This document shows, piece after piece, positions 1 to 13,246 of a stretch of 64,000 nt of DNA. A model generated the notes under the pieces. The model made no database searches. It was not told the DNA's origin and saw only the letters and a list, made by a program, of their open reading frames with translations. Positions within the stretch are counted from its first letter, which is position 1. Each line of letters starts with the position of its first letter. This DNA comes from Octopus sinensis (taxonomy: Eukaryota). Location: assembly GCF_006345805.1 (NCBI RefSeq), contig NC_043014.1, forward strand, positions 44,578,001 to 44,642,000, written 5' to 3'. Position numbers and translations under genes: made by a program.

Positions 1-467
1 AAAATGAACACATCAGATAGTTAATATCAGATGTCCAGGATCTTTGATTCCGTGGGTTGCTTCTGGGCATTTGATCGACTTCCTCTGTGCTGTAGGTCTT
101 CTTGGTTGGAACTGATTGGGTCTGGCCAACAATAACACAACAATTCATGCAACTACGAAACAGATATTGATTAAACTGGTGGACAGTTTCTAAAAGGCAA
201 TATAATTACTGAGCTGTTTATTGTCATGCAGTTGCGTTGTTTAATCATTCTGCGTGTGATTTAGTATTTTCCTTCTGCTTGTCGGTAAAATTAGTTTCTA
301 TTAATATACTAAAATAAAACTATTACACGAGAGTTTTGTATCAACAATTTTTCTCATAAACAAAACAAACCCAATAGTTTCCCTTGTATCATGAGGTAAC
401 TCGAGCAACCCAACGACATGAACAGCATCAATAAATCATGCAACTTTACTCATGCAACAACAACGAT

Positions 468-468
468 G

Positions 469-536
<68 letters not shown>

Positions 537-577
537 TTTATCACATGCAGTAAAAGCACATGATAAAAATAAGACTA

Positions 578-624
<47 letters not shown>

Positions 625-630
625 TAATAA
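468..630. repeat. (AAT)n microsatellite
   Basis: Two long pure AAT runs. Confidence 0.95.
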
Positions 631-2012
631 TATGTAAAATTGACAGTTATTATTAGAAAATTAAATTGAAAAATTATAAAATCCTTAAAAATATGAAGTG
701 ATTGTAGGATTTTATGAAGAATATGGGATGAAGTGTTTATCGTTATCATTATATTTAGTGGTAGAAGGAAAATACTAAACTGTAGGTCCCTTTTAATTGA
801 GAACCTTAACTGGATTGGATAAGGGATAAAGTTGTAAGGCCCACCATGTTAGCGCTGACTGTTCGGTCTGACTATGCTATCATCGCCAATGTTGTTATAC
901 ACACAGCCTTTAAGGACTTGTGGTTAGTGATAATTTTGTGGAAGATAAATCACCTTTGAGTGAGGTGCCAACCTATCATCATCATCATCATTTAATGTCC
1001 ATTTTCCATGCTGGAATGGGTTAAACGGTTTGACTGAGGTCTGGAAAGCCAGCAGCTGCACTAGGCTCCAATCTGATCTGGCAACATTTCTACAGCTGGA
1101 TGCCCTCCCTAATGCCTATCTTAATTAATATTCCTAGAAGACCAAGTACCTATTCCTAATTGCTAAATGAAAAGATGGGCATAGAGTAAAGTGTACTGTC
1201 TATTACATTATGAAATTTGTTTTACATCTTTTTTTTTCCCATGCCTGTATGGGTTAGATGAATATATACTGTGGTGCTGTTTTTAACCTCAGTACATATA
1301 TTCTTCCTGTTGCTAACCCTTATTTGCTTATCGAATAATGGATTCTAAAAAAAAAAAATTAATTCTACTCATCTTCAAAAACACAGAACTACAAGCTGAT
1401 TTTTTAGGAAGGCAATGTTGACCAGCATCACCAATTTTTGTCCAATGCTTTGTACACAAGGACACAGGATTTAGACATCCACACAGAAATACATACAAGC
1501 AGTAAGTTTGAACTAAAGACCTTTAATCAGGCAGGCCACTAGCATATCTGATCAACCATTCTGCTTTTAATGTTTCTTTGGAAAAGAAATTATTTTCCAA
1601 TTTATGATCAAAGCGGTAACCCTTCCTAACTTCCAAATGAAGGACAAAAGCCTGATGCTTTCAATCCTTTACTCCCCATAGCAATTATATTATTGAACTC
1701 TTGTATGAAATCTCTTAGGGAATAATAATGTAATAGAAAGTACTGATTTGATAGGAAGTGAGAATAATGGCTACTAATGGGTGAGATACTGCATTATATT
1801 ATGTCTAAATCAAGCTCTAAACCTAATTAAGAAATTGCTATTTAAAGCAACACTGTAAATCTAATTAAGAAATTGCTAAGTTAGTAGTGAAGAATGGAAT
1901 TTAAGTTAATAGTAAAGAACAGAAATATGTTATTACAATGTATAGAAGTATTTTAGTGAATGAGTTTAACCACACCAAGGATTTCTAGCAATATGTAAAT
2001 AAGAAATATCTA

Positions 2013-2054
<42 letters not shown>

Positions 2055-2102
2055 GGTTTTGAGATGATATATATATATATAGGAAGGTTTTGAGATGATG
2101 TA

Positions 2103-2468
2103 TATATATATATAAAAATTAGATAAAAACACTTTTTATCAATTCAAAATGAACAATTAAATTACACCATCTAGAAAATTACATATAATAGAAACATTAA
2201 AATTAAAATAACAATAAAATACCGATGATTAAGTAAATTGCAAAAAAAATAATAAAAACATATATAATTGTTATTCTATCAATTATATACGTTTTTAATA
2301 TTTTTAATTATTTTTATTATTATTTTTTTGCAATTTACTTAATCATCGGTATTTTATTGTTATTTTAATTTTAATATTTCTATTCTATGTAATTTTCTAG
2401 ATGGTGTAATTTAATTGTTCATTTTGAATTGATAAAAGGTGGTTTTTTTTCTAATTTTTATATATATA
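2103..2468. mobile_element. Fold-back (hairpin) MITE-like element in a TA run
   Basis: 2103-2270 is the near-perfect reverse complement of 2280-2468, with a 9-nt loop and an insertion of about 30 nt in the right arm; flanked by (TA)n. Confidence 0.8.
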
Positions 2469-3175
2469 TTATATTGTGTGAAATTTGATTTAGTATTTCT
2501 AAATTGAATTTTTTTTTCCCTGTAAGTTAGGATTATATTCCCTCAAATAATTATTATGTATATATATATATATAAACAGGTGAACAAAATTTTTTAAAAT
2601 GATAATAAAGAAACTACGAACAAAAACAAAACATTCCAACTAACCCTTTCCGCCCGGAAACAGGCACCACTTTATTTAGCTGAAAAATATAACAATACCA
2701 ATTTTCAGTATAAATTCTTGAAGTTTGGAAGAAAAATACAAGTATAAAACATAAATATATAAATATATTTAGCATAAAAAATAGGTATAAATGACATTAA
2801 AAATATGACATAAAAAATAAATGATATAAAAAAATATGTATAAATGACATAAGAAAATATGTCCCAATAGTATTTAGAATAGTATTTTTAATACTGTTGG
2901 AACTTACTCATAAGGTACAATAATCTTATATATACACCATTCTGCCAAAATAATGGAACTGAAGATGCAATATCCCTGCATATCTCATGTCTATATTCAT
3001 TCTTCCACTTCACTCTCTGTTTCATATCTTATCTAGAATAACTATTGCTTAACCATTTTCTCACACTGTCTCCAATGAAGGGATATATAAAATACCCTGG
3101 AAACAGCTGTAAGACCTTATATTTATAAATGTTCTGAAATCTTTCACACCCTTGGATTTTTATTGCATTCTGTCA

Positions 3176-3269
<94 letters not shown>

Positions 3270-3271
<2 letters not shown>

Positions 3272-3793
3272 CTGAGGACAGCTGATATCTTGAGTATTGA
3301 GGCGATGATGCACAAGCACCGGTTGCGTTGGACTGGAAACCTTATTAGAATGAAGGATAGAAGGATTCCTAAGCAGATGCTCTATGGAGAACTTGTGAAT
3401 GGAAGGAGACTCCGGCAGAAAACCAAGGCTGCGATTTAAGGACTGTGTCAAGTCCTCGTTAAAGGCCTGTGATATGCAGGACACTGACTGGGAGAACAAT
3501 GCCTGTCATTGCCACAGATGGAGGAAGCAGGTTAAGGAGGGGATCAACACTTTTGAGAGAGCATGTATCCAGCATGAAGAACTTAAGCGAGCTGCGTGAA
3601 AGCGCACGGCTCGTATAGTGAATGGGGAAAGCTTGGTCTGCAATGTTTGCAGTCGTGTATGCTTGTCAAGAGCAGGGCTCATTAGCCACCAACGGAACTG
3701 CAAATGCAAAATATAAGTTAGTCCTAGAGCGCACAATGTTCCTGAAGGTCGGCAATCTCCCTCAGTCACGAGTGGACGGCCATCATCATCATC

Positions 3794-3795
<2 letters not shown>
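3270..3795 (+). mobile_element. RTE-clade LINE 3' fragment, degenerate
   Basis: Encodes HRLRWTGNLIRMKDRRIPKQMLYGEL..(frameshift)..PRLRFKDCVK..RWRK, then a C-terminal CxxC..H motif (CNVCSRVCLSRAGLISH); (CAT)n tail. Confidence 0.85.
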
Positions 3796-3830
<35 letters not shown>

Positions 3831-4312
3831 TATATTCACACATATGTATACATATACATATATATATACACATACACACACATACATACACATGTGTATA
3901 GACATGTACACACATGTTTTTACACACATACATAAACACATATACATATGTGTACCCATACATAAACATACATACGGTTGTACCCAGAAGCTTAAAAATG
4001 TTACCTAGTTAAATTCTGGAAGGAAACTAAATAGATATTGATGATGTTCAGCTATCTTTACCATCTCTTTGACAAAATACTGGTTTTTAATACATAGATT
4101 CACTATTGTAAGAAAACAGAAATGAGTTTGTGTAATTCTTCATGTCTTTCTAGAAAGTATTAAAAATGTAAATGAAGAAAAATGGGCTGACACTTGGGAT
4201 CAACGTTGTTACATATGTAATTCAACTAGGAGCTTACTTTTAGAATGACACAGTAAAAACGAAGACAAAAGTCGGTAAAAATTCAAAATTTTCAGTAAAA
4301 ATTCTTACAAAC

Positions 4313-4440
4313 CTTCTTAGAAATATTGCCAAATGGAGAAGTCTTCGCTGCGGTAGATTTCTTCATTTCTAATGCAGCTTCTTCTTCTTTTTCCTGCCTT
4401 GCTTTCTGAATGACTTCAAATGTTGTCAGATTCTTATAGG
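4313..4440 (-). CDS. ZDHHC1: ZDHHC1/11 coding exon 7 (TTxE motif)
   Basis: ttttgttattcatag acceptor; encodes [42 protein letters not shown]. Donor is either AAG|GTTTGT (exon ends 4313) or |GTAAGA (exon ends 4309). Confidence 0.88.
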
Positions 4441-5315
4441 CTATGAATAACAAAACAGCAAATATAAAATGAGATTAAACAAAACAGATTCAACAAAGAA
4501 AGCATTCTTTCTATGTCATCACATCATCACATCAAAACTTAATTATTCCTTATTTTTGGAACCGTATCTCAAAGCACATACTATTTTACTATTTTACTTG
4601 TTTCAGTCATTTGACTGCGGCCATGCTGGAGCACCGCCTTTAGTTGAGCAAATCGACCCCAGGACTTATTCTTTGTAAGCCTAGTACTTATTCTATCAGT
4701 CGCTTTTGCCGAACCGCTAAGTTACGGTGACGTAAACAAACCAGCATCGGTTGTCAAGCGATGTTGGGGCAGGGGGACAAACACAGACACACAAACATAC
4801 ACACACACACACATATATATATATGCATATATACGATGGGCTTCTTTCAGTTTCCGTCTACCAAATCCACTCACAAGGCTTTGGTCAACCCGAGGCTATA
4901 GTAGAAGACACTTGCCCAAGGTGCCACGCAGTGGGACTGAACCCGGAACCATGTGGTTGGTAAACAAGCTACTTACCACACAGCCACTCCTACGCCTAGA
5001 GCTATAAAAAATAACAGCATGTAATATTGGGCTGAAAAAGCTTTATGGACAGAAAAGGCTGAACGCTGCTGAACATTTATACACTGTTATTTAAAACTCT
5101 ATATGTGCTTCATGCTACAGTCCCCAAAAATAATTATTTCATGTTCTCTCAAAAGTTTCCAAATTCTTATGATGTTAATATCTATACATAGCTTACTACA
5201 ACTTATCTTAAGCCCATGTAGCAGTTCCTTCATTGTAATTACTAGCATAAAAAAATTAACAAAGCATTCTGGAATCAAAGGACATGTCATGTGTAAAAAA
5301 AAAAATAAATAAATA

Positions 5316-5359
<44 letters not shown>

Positions 5360-6293
5360 AGTGAGAGAGCAGTGCATGCCATCAACATGACACTGGGGTA
5401 AAAATATACAAAGCCCAGTATACCCATCATGACTACCCGTCTGAAAAGGATATACCAGACACATGCATCACAACCAAATGTGTGTGACATGTTGATCTCA
5501 TATCAAGATAAATAACACATGCAGGTGGAGCCCAGTTAGAATTTTCTTCTGGTTAAGTAACCCATCCTGCTCAAAAGGTCCCTGAATAAGGGTTGTTTAA
5601 GGATGTTGAACAAAACACCCATGTTTCCAGAGGTGAATTATTCAAACCCCAAAGAATCCCTCACAACACACAGCTATGATGCTCCCCCACTACTTCTGCT
5701 CGTGATCAGAGATGCACATATCGTCAGCCACTAAGGGACATGCTCAACTGGTTAAGGTCAAACCAGTGACAAGCAAATCTGTGGTATTGAGCAGAATATT
5801 TGCTGTAGCCCATCTTTTATACCAAGACAAAACAATGCACATGATAACACTTCCAATCAGTTAAGATCAGAAGCCATGAGAGCCACTGCCTGGTACTGCA
5901 TCAGGGCATTTATTATTATTATTATTATTAGTAGTAGTAGTAGTAGTAAGCCTCGCCTGGCCCCCGTGCTAGTAGCACGTAAAAGCACCATCCGTTCGTG
6001 TCCGTTGCCAGCCTCGCCTGGACCCCGTGCCAGTGGCACGTAAAAACACCATCCGTTCGTGGCCGTTTGCCAGCTCTGTCTGGCACCTGTGCAGGTGGCA
6101 CATAAAAAGCACCCACTACACTCACGTAGTGGTTGGCGTTAGGAAGGGCATCCAGCCGTAGAAACACTGCCAAATCTGACTGGGCCTGATGAAGCCTTCC
6201 GGCTTCACAGACCCCAGTTAAACCGTCCAACCCATGCTAGCATGGAAAACGGATGCTAAATGATGATGATGAGTAGTAGTCGTAGTAGTAGTC

Positions 6294-6342
<49 letters not shown>

Positions 6343-9300
6343 AAATAGCATTTGCACTTACTTAGGTATATATGAAACAGCAGGAGATGCGTCAGTAGTA
6401 AGGCAGCAACAAAAGTCAATAAGACTGTGAATCCCATCAAAAATAACCAGTACTCATGTGGGGCAGAGAAAGTGAGGATGGAGAAAGCTGCAAAAGGAAG
6501 AGAACAAAACAATAGAGACAGGGAGTCAAGAGAGGCATTTAATTGTCTGAAAATATTCAACTCCAGAATCTAAGAATCTTCAATCCTGGATTCATTGTTG
6601 CTCAGTCATTTATCGTCTATTTCTAGAGAGAAATATAAGGCATTATGTGTTGCATCCCAGATCCTAACAAGTGCCTTCAACTCTATTTGAACCTCTGTTT
6701 ATGTCACTTAACCTCTATCTAACTTGGTAAACCCTTCACTAAGCATTACTTGTGACACTTCATTGCAAAGACTACCATTCAGTAAAATGCCCTTCACAAC
6801 AAGGGAGCTCCTATGTTGTTGCTCAAGGGGTTAGGAATAGCAACCAAATTTCCCTCAAACCCTTACTATCTAAAAAGAAAAAGTACACATTAGATCAGTG
6901 GTTCTCAACTAGGGTCCATGTTGCTAAAAAATTGGTTGTACTTCAACAATACACAAAATATTTTAATAATCTTTTTATACAGTCCCTAATAATATTTCAT
7001 TACAAAAATATAATAGGATTTTTGAAACATCAAATGGCTATGGGGATCCATCAAAGTGAAATAAGAATCAAAGAGGTCCATGGTCCAAAAATGGTTAAGA
7101 AACACTGCATTAAATAATGTAGTCTAAGATACTCCTAATAATAGGTCTACTTGACCAAGGCTAACCTGGGGCTAAACAGTGCTAACAGCCCTCTTCTCAT
7201 TTGCATTTACAAGATGCACCCAGGTCTCCTGTCCAATCTTCTTTCTTCTTCTTCTTACAGCATTCACCCGGGGTGGGTTGAGCTGGCTTCATTTATCCTC
7301 AATGCTGCATCTTTCACAAACACCGACCAGGCCTGACGATTTGAGGCCTCCTGTCCAATCCAACCAAGTAATCTACCCAGGACCCCACTCACCGGACCCT
7401 ACACTAATCAGTATGTTCTGTCCTTTCTTCCTAGAATGCCAACCCTCCGAATTTCTTTATCTTCTACATTTTTCCCAACAAACATTAATTTTTCCTATCT
7501 TCTCAGCAGACTCAAAGGAATTTTTCCATGTCTTTCTCAACAGTTTTTAATCTATCATCCATGTTTAACTAGGATAACTTGCACCTATTATAAAAAAGCC
7601 ATATTTAGATAATGTGAAATACAGTTGCTAATGTGACTGTTTAGGCCAAGATAAGCCTTAATAGAGCCATGACAATCCCATCCTTTTTATGGGTATGTAG
7701 GACCACATAAGATATTAAAGATGGTAGTGTGTCATTTGAAGGAGACTTAGCTGTTATTTCTAGGAGTTTCAATGATCACGTACAGGTCATCTTGTTAGTT
7801 TAATGCAGTTAGATAGATTGATGCATAACATTAGCAAATATTTTAGTTTCCACTTTTTTATTGCAAAAAAAAAAAGATTGTGAATATTAGAATTAAAAAC
7901 TGAAAGGAATTTGATAAAGAAATGTAAACAAAGAGAGTATTTGAAGAATTAAACCTAAGTAAAAAATACTTACTGGGTTTGCCAACAGGCAGAACTGTTG
8001 CGGTGGGTGTGGTTATGATAGCAATTAATGAAGTAGCTGTCAGAGGTGAGCTGCTCACAGGTTCTGTAATGCAACAACAACAACAATAAAAGTTAATTTT
8101 TGTTTTCCCACTTGCTTGAGCAGTATCTTGTTGGAAATAAGAGGCAAAAATATGACAAATTACACTAGATGCTTTGATGTATCTTGGGAGGGTTGTTATC
8201 TCTTTTACTTTTTTACTTGTTTCAGTCATGTGACTGCGGCCATGCTGGAGCACCACCTTTAGTCGAGCAAATCGACTCCAGGACTTATTCTTTGTAAGCC
8301 TAGTACTTATTCTATCGGTCTCTTTTGCCGAACCGCTAAGTTACGAGGACATAAACACATGAGCATCGATTGTTAAGCGATGTTGGGGGGGACAAACACA
8401 GACACACAAACATATACACACACATACATATATATACATATAAACGACAGGCTTCTTTCAGTTTCCATCTACCAACTCCACTCACAAGGCTTTATTTGGC
8501 CCGAGGCTATAGTAGAAGACACTTGCCCAAGGTGCCATGCAATGGAACTGAACCCTGAACCATGTGGTTGGTAAGCAAGCTACTTACCACACAGCTACTC
8601 TGTCAATAATAAATACATGTACTATTTTTCTTTTACATTTAAAAATTTTTTATTTGTCAATTGGTTAACCATTTAACCAATTAATTAATTGTTTGATTAA
8701 TCATTTGGCCAATCAACCAGTCATCTAGGATTGTCGAAGTCCTTTTGTCAACAACTGCAACCTTACCAATAACATGCCCTTTCTGCTTCAAGTCTGTCTC
8801 CTAGTTTACAGGTTCTATATAGACCATTATTTAGATCAGTGGTCCCCAAACTTTTTTGGGCTGCCACCCACTTGGCACCCAGGCCACATTCCTAGCGCCT
8901 CCCCACCAACTTACTACTACAAACACAGACCTCCTTCTTAAGCAAATTCAAAGCAACTGCATTTCACAAATAAAACTTAACCTAATTAAACTATTATTTT
9001 GTAGATTTTACATCAACCACCCCCTTTTGGATACCTCATTATCACACCACTTTTCTTCAATGCCCCCTTGGAACTTTCCGCTGTCCTCAGGGGGGGTGGT
9101 ACTTCCCACTTTGGAAACCACTGATTTAGACGAAGTTTCTTTTGATACAGTTAGAGAAAGAATGTCAAAAGATGACACAGGTTAGATCTAAGAACATTGA
9201 GCCTCACAAATGATATGACACAAAAGATAGAACATATATTGTACAGATAGGTAAACAGATTGTAGTACAAATCCATGCAGTCTATGCCAAAATTGAAAAA

Positions 9301-12300
9301 AAGTACAATGATGATGAAATTTAGATTAACAGAGGTCAAATATAGAGCTGTCTAAGGTTATTTCATTTTAAGGTGTTAGCTTTAACCCTTTAGCATTTAA
9401 ACCGGCCATATCCGGCCAAAAGTATTCTGCCTGTTTTATGTTCAAACTGGCCAGATCTGGTCTCTCACACCAACCCTACAATATCATTTTAAAAATTAAC
9501 AGCTACCTCATCAAAATCTCATAGCTACAAGATAATGCCTGATTAGTTCAAGACAATGCAGATGAAGAAGGATTAATTTTGGCAAAATAATGCGAACACT
9601 AAAGGGTTAAACATTGTAATATAATAATGAGTTGTAATATAATAATGAACTTATTGTACAGAGTGCTCGGATGCCCTATCTCATAACCTCTTTTCTTAAT
9701 GATTCCATGTTCAAAAATGTTTTCTGGATATCTAAATATTTGCAAATGAACCAAGAATAGTGCATGGACAAATGAATGTTTTTCCTCTTTCTACTAACCA
9801 TGTATCACTGAAGTAGGAGTGATACCTAGCTTGACAGAGTAATCTGCCTTGTCTAATGAAACAAAGCTTAAATATAAAACCTTGAGACCTCTTAAATTGA
9901 CGGTCTTTTTGCCTCGTCATTTGTATAATTAAAAGCTCTTACCTGTATTTTCTGGACTTTCGGTCTTCAACGGTTCTGCAGAGTAAAAAAATACATTATG
10001 TTTTTTTTTACCATATATTTTCCACATAAATAATTTGTTAGAATTTAAAGACTCCGCCGGTTACGACGACGAGGGTCCCAGCTGATACAATCAACGGAAC
10101 AGCTTGCTCGTGAAATTAACGTGCAAATGGCTGAGCATTCCACAGACATGTGTACCCTTAACGTAGTTCTCGGGGATAATCAGCGTGACACAGAGAGTGA
10201 CAAGGCTGACCCTTTGAAATACAAGTACAACTCATTTTTGCCAGCTGAGTGGACTGGAGCAACGTGAAATAAAGTGTCTTGCTCAAGGACACAACGCGTC
10301 GCCGGGAATCGAACTCACAACCTTACGATCATGAGCCGAATGCCCTAACCACTAAGCCACGCGCCCTCACTGTTAGATTAATGATTTCTTAATTAGACGT
10401 GTTAGTTATCTTGTTTGAAAATTAAATGAATTGACCTTTTTTCAGTTAATTGGATGAGATTACTAGACTGCAGTCATCTCAGAATATTTTTTTTTAGGTT
10501 TGTGGTTGAAAGGAAAATAGAACAATACAGGACTGAGTACATGTTTTATGTGAGATATGGAAAGTGAAGAAAATAATGGGACAATACTAAAAAGGGAAAC
10601 AATTGCATTTATTCAATATAGATATGTTGTTTTTTTGTTTTTTGTTCCTTCTTGAGCCATGCCTGGCTCATAAGGGCCAGTTTCCCAGTTTCTTGACGTA
10701 TAGGTTCCCAACTTGGACGGGACGCCGGTCCATCGCAGGTGAGCAGCAAGATGCAAGAGGAAACAGTGAGAGAAAGTTGTGGTGAAAGAGTCAGCAGAAG
10801 TTTTGCCATTACCTTCTGCCGGAGCCGCGTGAAGCTTAGGTGTTTCGCTCATAAACACACACATCGTCCGGTCTGAGATTCGAACCCACAATCCCTTGAC
10901 CGTGAGTCCTCTGCTCTAATCACTAGGCCATGTGCCTCCACAATATAGATATGGGTTAATATATAGTAGATGGGGAATAGCGTGTGTAGATATGGATAAG
11001 TATATGGGAGACATGGAATAGTATTAGTACGGGAGATATGAAATAGTATAGCAGATTATAAAATGCATAGATTGTTGTAGATATCTGTTGCTAGTATTAC
11101 TGCTTTACAATAAGCAGCTTTTACAAATGTTTTATGTTCAAAAGCCCAGCAAAAGATTGAAGACATGTAAATTTGAATGGATCTCCTATCAATTTTGATT
11201 AATGGATTATTCAGTTGTTTGATCAACAGAATTGTTATATCAAAGTACATGTTCCTAAGTTTTCCACAGGCACTTGTGCTCTTAACATAATTATATAGCC
11301 ACATTTAATGTGATTCCATGACACAAGTGGGTCTTTGAATTACAGGTGGTCTATCTGATGTGGGCTTGTACATACTTTCTGTCTCTCCAATTTCATTTAC
11401 AAAGTTTTACAGTCACAGATATACATTTAATTTCTTAAAAGATCATCGTCGTCATCATCGTTTAATGTCCATTTTCCATGCTAGCATGGGTTGGACGGTT
11501 CGATCGGGTTCTAGGAAGCCAGGAGGCTGCACCAGGCTCCAGCCTGATCTGGCAGTGTTTCTACAGCTGGATGCCCTTCCTAACGCCAACCACTCTGTGA
11601 GTGTAGTGGGTGCTTTTTACGTGCCACCAGCACAGGGGCCAGAGGAGGCTAGCAATGACCACAATCGGTTGGTGCTTTTTACGTACCACCAGCACGGATG
11701 CCAGTCAAGGCAGCACTGGCATCGGCCACGTTTGGATGGTGCTTTTTACGTACCACCAGCACGGGGGCCAGTCAGGCGGCACTGGCAGCAACCTCGCTTG
11801 AATCTTTTTACACGTGCCAGTCTCATCCTAGAAAACAGTTTATTCAATATTGCTCATTAACAAGTAAAGAATAACAAAAGTTAATTTAAATCAATAAGAA
11901 ATGATAGCAATACTTACTGTGATATGGTTCAAGGATATAGCCAGATTCCTGGTCTTGGAAATATGAAATAAATTCCAGAAGACTGATGACAAAAATGCTG
12001 AGTATACCACTTAAGGCTGTACACACAGTCATAAAGAACCATCTGGTAAAAAGAGAAATAAACTTTCATGTACATATGTGTGTGTATATGCGTGTCTGTG
12101 CATGTGTGTATGTGTATGGGGAGTGAAGTGGAGGATAAACAGTGTTATCAAGAATTTTAGGATTGTCATAATACAAACAAGTGTATGTTAAAATTATGAG
12201 TTAGGCAACTATAAGCTTTGTATCATGGAGAAAATGGATTTAAAGTAATTCAGATTGTATGTTTTCACAAAAATCAGTGGCTTGTCTTCATGGAGATAAT

Positions 12301-12525
12301 ATTGTCTATTATTATTATAATTATTACAATAAAGCATGCACATAGGCGCAGGAGTGGCTGTGTGGTAAGTAGCTTGCTTACCAACCACATGGTTCCGGGT
12401 TCAGTCCCACTGCGTGGGGCTGACCAAAGCCTTGTGAGTGGATTTGGTAGACGGAAACTGAAAGAAGCCCGTCGTATATATGTATATATATATATATATA
12501 TATGCGTGTGTGTCTGTGTGTCGTA

Positions 12526-12575
<50 letters not shown>

Positions 12576-13215
12576 TGTGTGTCTGCTTGACAACCGATGT
12601 TTGTGTGTTTATGTCCCCCGTTACTTAACGGTTCGGCAAAAGAGTCCGATAGAATAAGTACTGGGCTTACAAAAGAATAAGTCCCGGGGTCGAGTTGCTC
12701 GATTAAAGGCGGTGCTCCAGCATGGCTGCAGTCAAATGACTGAAACAAGTAAAAGAGTAAAGAGTAATGCAAACACACACACACACACACACATATGTAC
12801 ATGTTTGTGCATGCTTATATTATTTATTATTCGTTATGCAAGACTCTTGGGATGAAATTGTGTTGAAATAAATGTTGCATTTTGGGAGAGACATTTTGCC
12901 AATAAAATGCTTGTGCGTTCATTGGTAAATGACCCTTACCCAAAATCCCAAAGAATATTTTTCACCCTCGTGTTCTATGCCTGACCACCCTAACTCTGGC
13001 CCCTTCTCTCTCTCTTTCGATTTACCACTTGATTCGCCAACACTTCCCCCTTCTTCCACCACCACCACCACCCAATATAAACTAGCGCATGCACTCGGAT
13101 TCCCCTACTCGATTTTTTAATAATTCCCCCAAAAGAATACAAATCCAGAAGATGCTCTTGTCTAAATTTGCTAGCTCCTACAATGATCATATAATGTCAA
13201 GACAAGGAAACACAA

Positions 13216-13246
<31 letters not shown>

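Noticed and set aside
260-779. 18/19-bp inverted match (TTTAGTATTTTCCTTCTGC vs GTAGAAGGAAAATACTAAA) flanking the AAT repeat
   Set aside because: Short and AT-rich, with no TSD or further extension; cannot be distinguished from chance.
5690-5700. GTAGTGGGGGA (minus strand), resembling the U1 snRNA 3' region
   Set aside because: Only an 11-nt match; the rest of U1 is absent.
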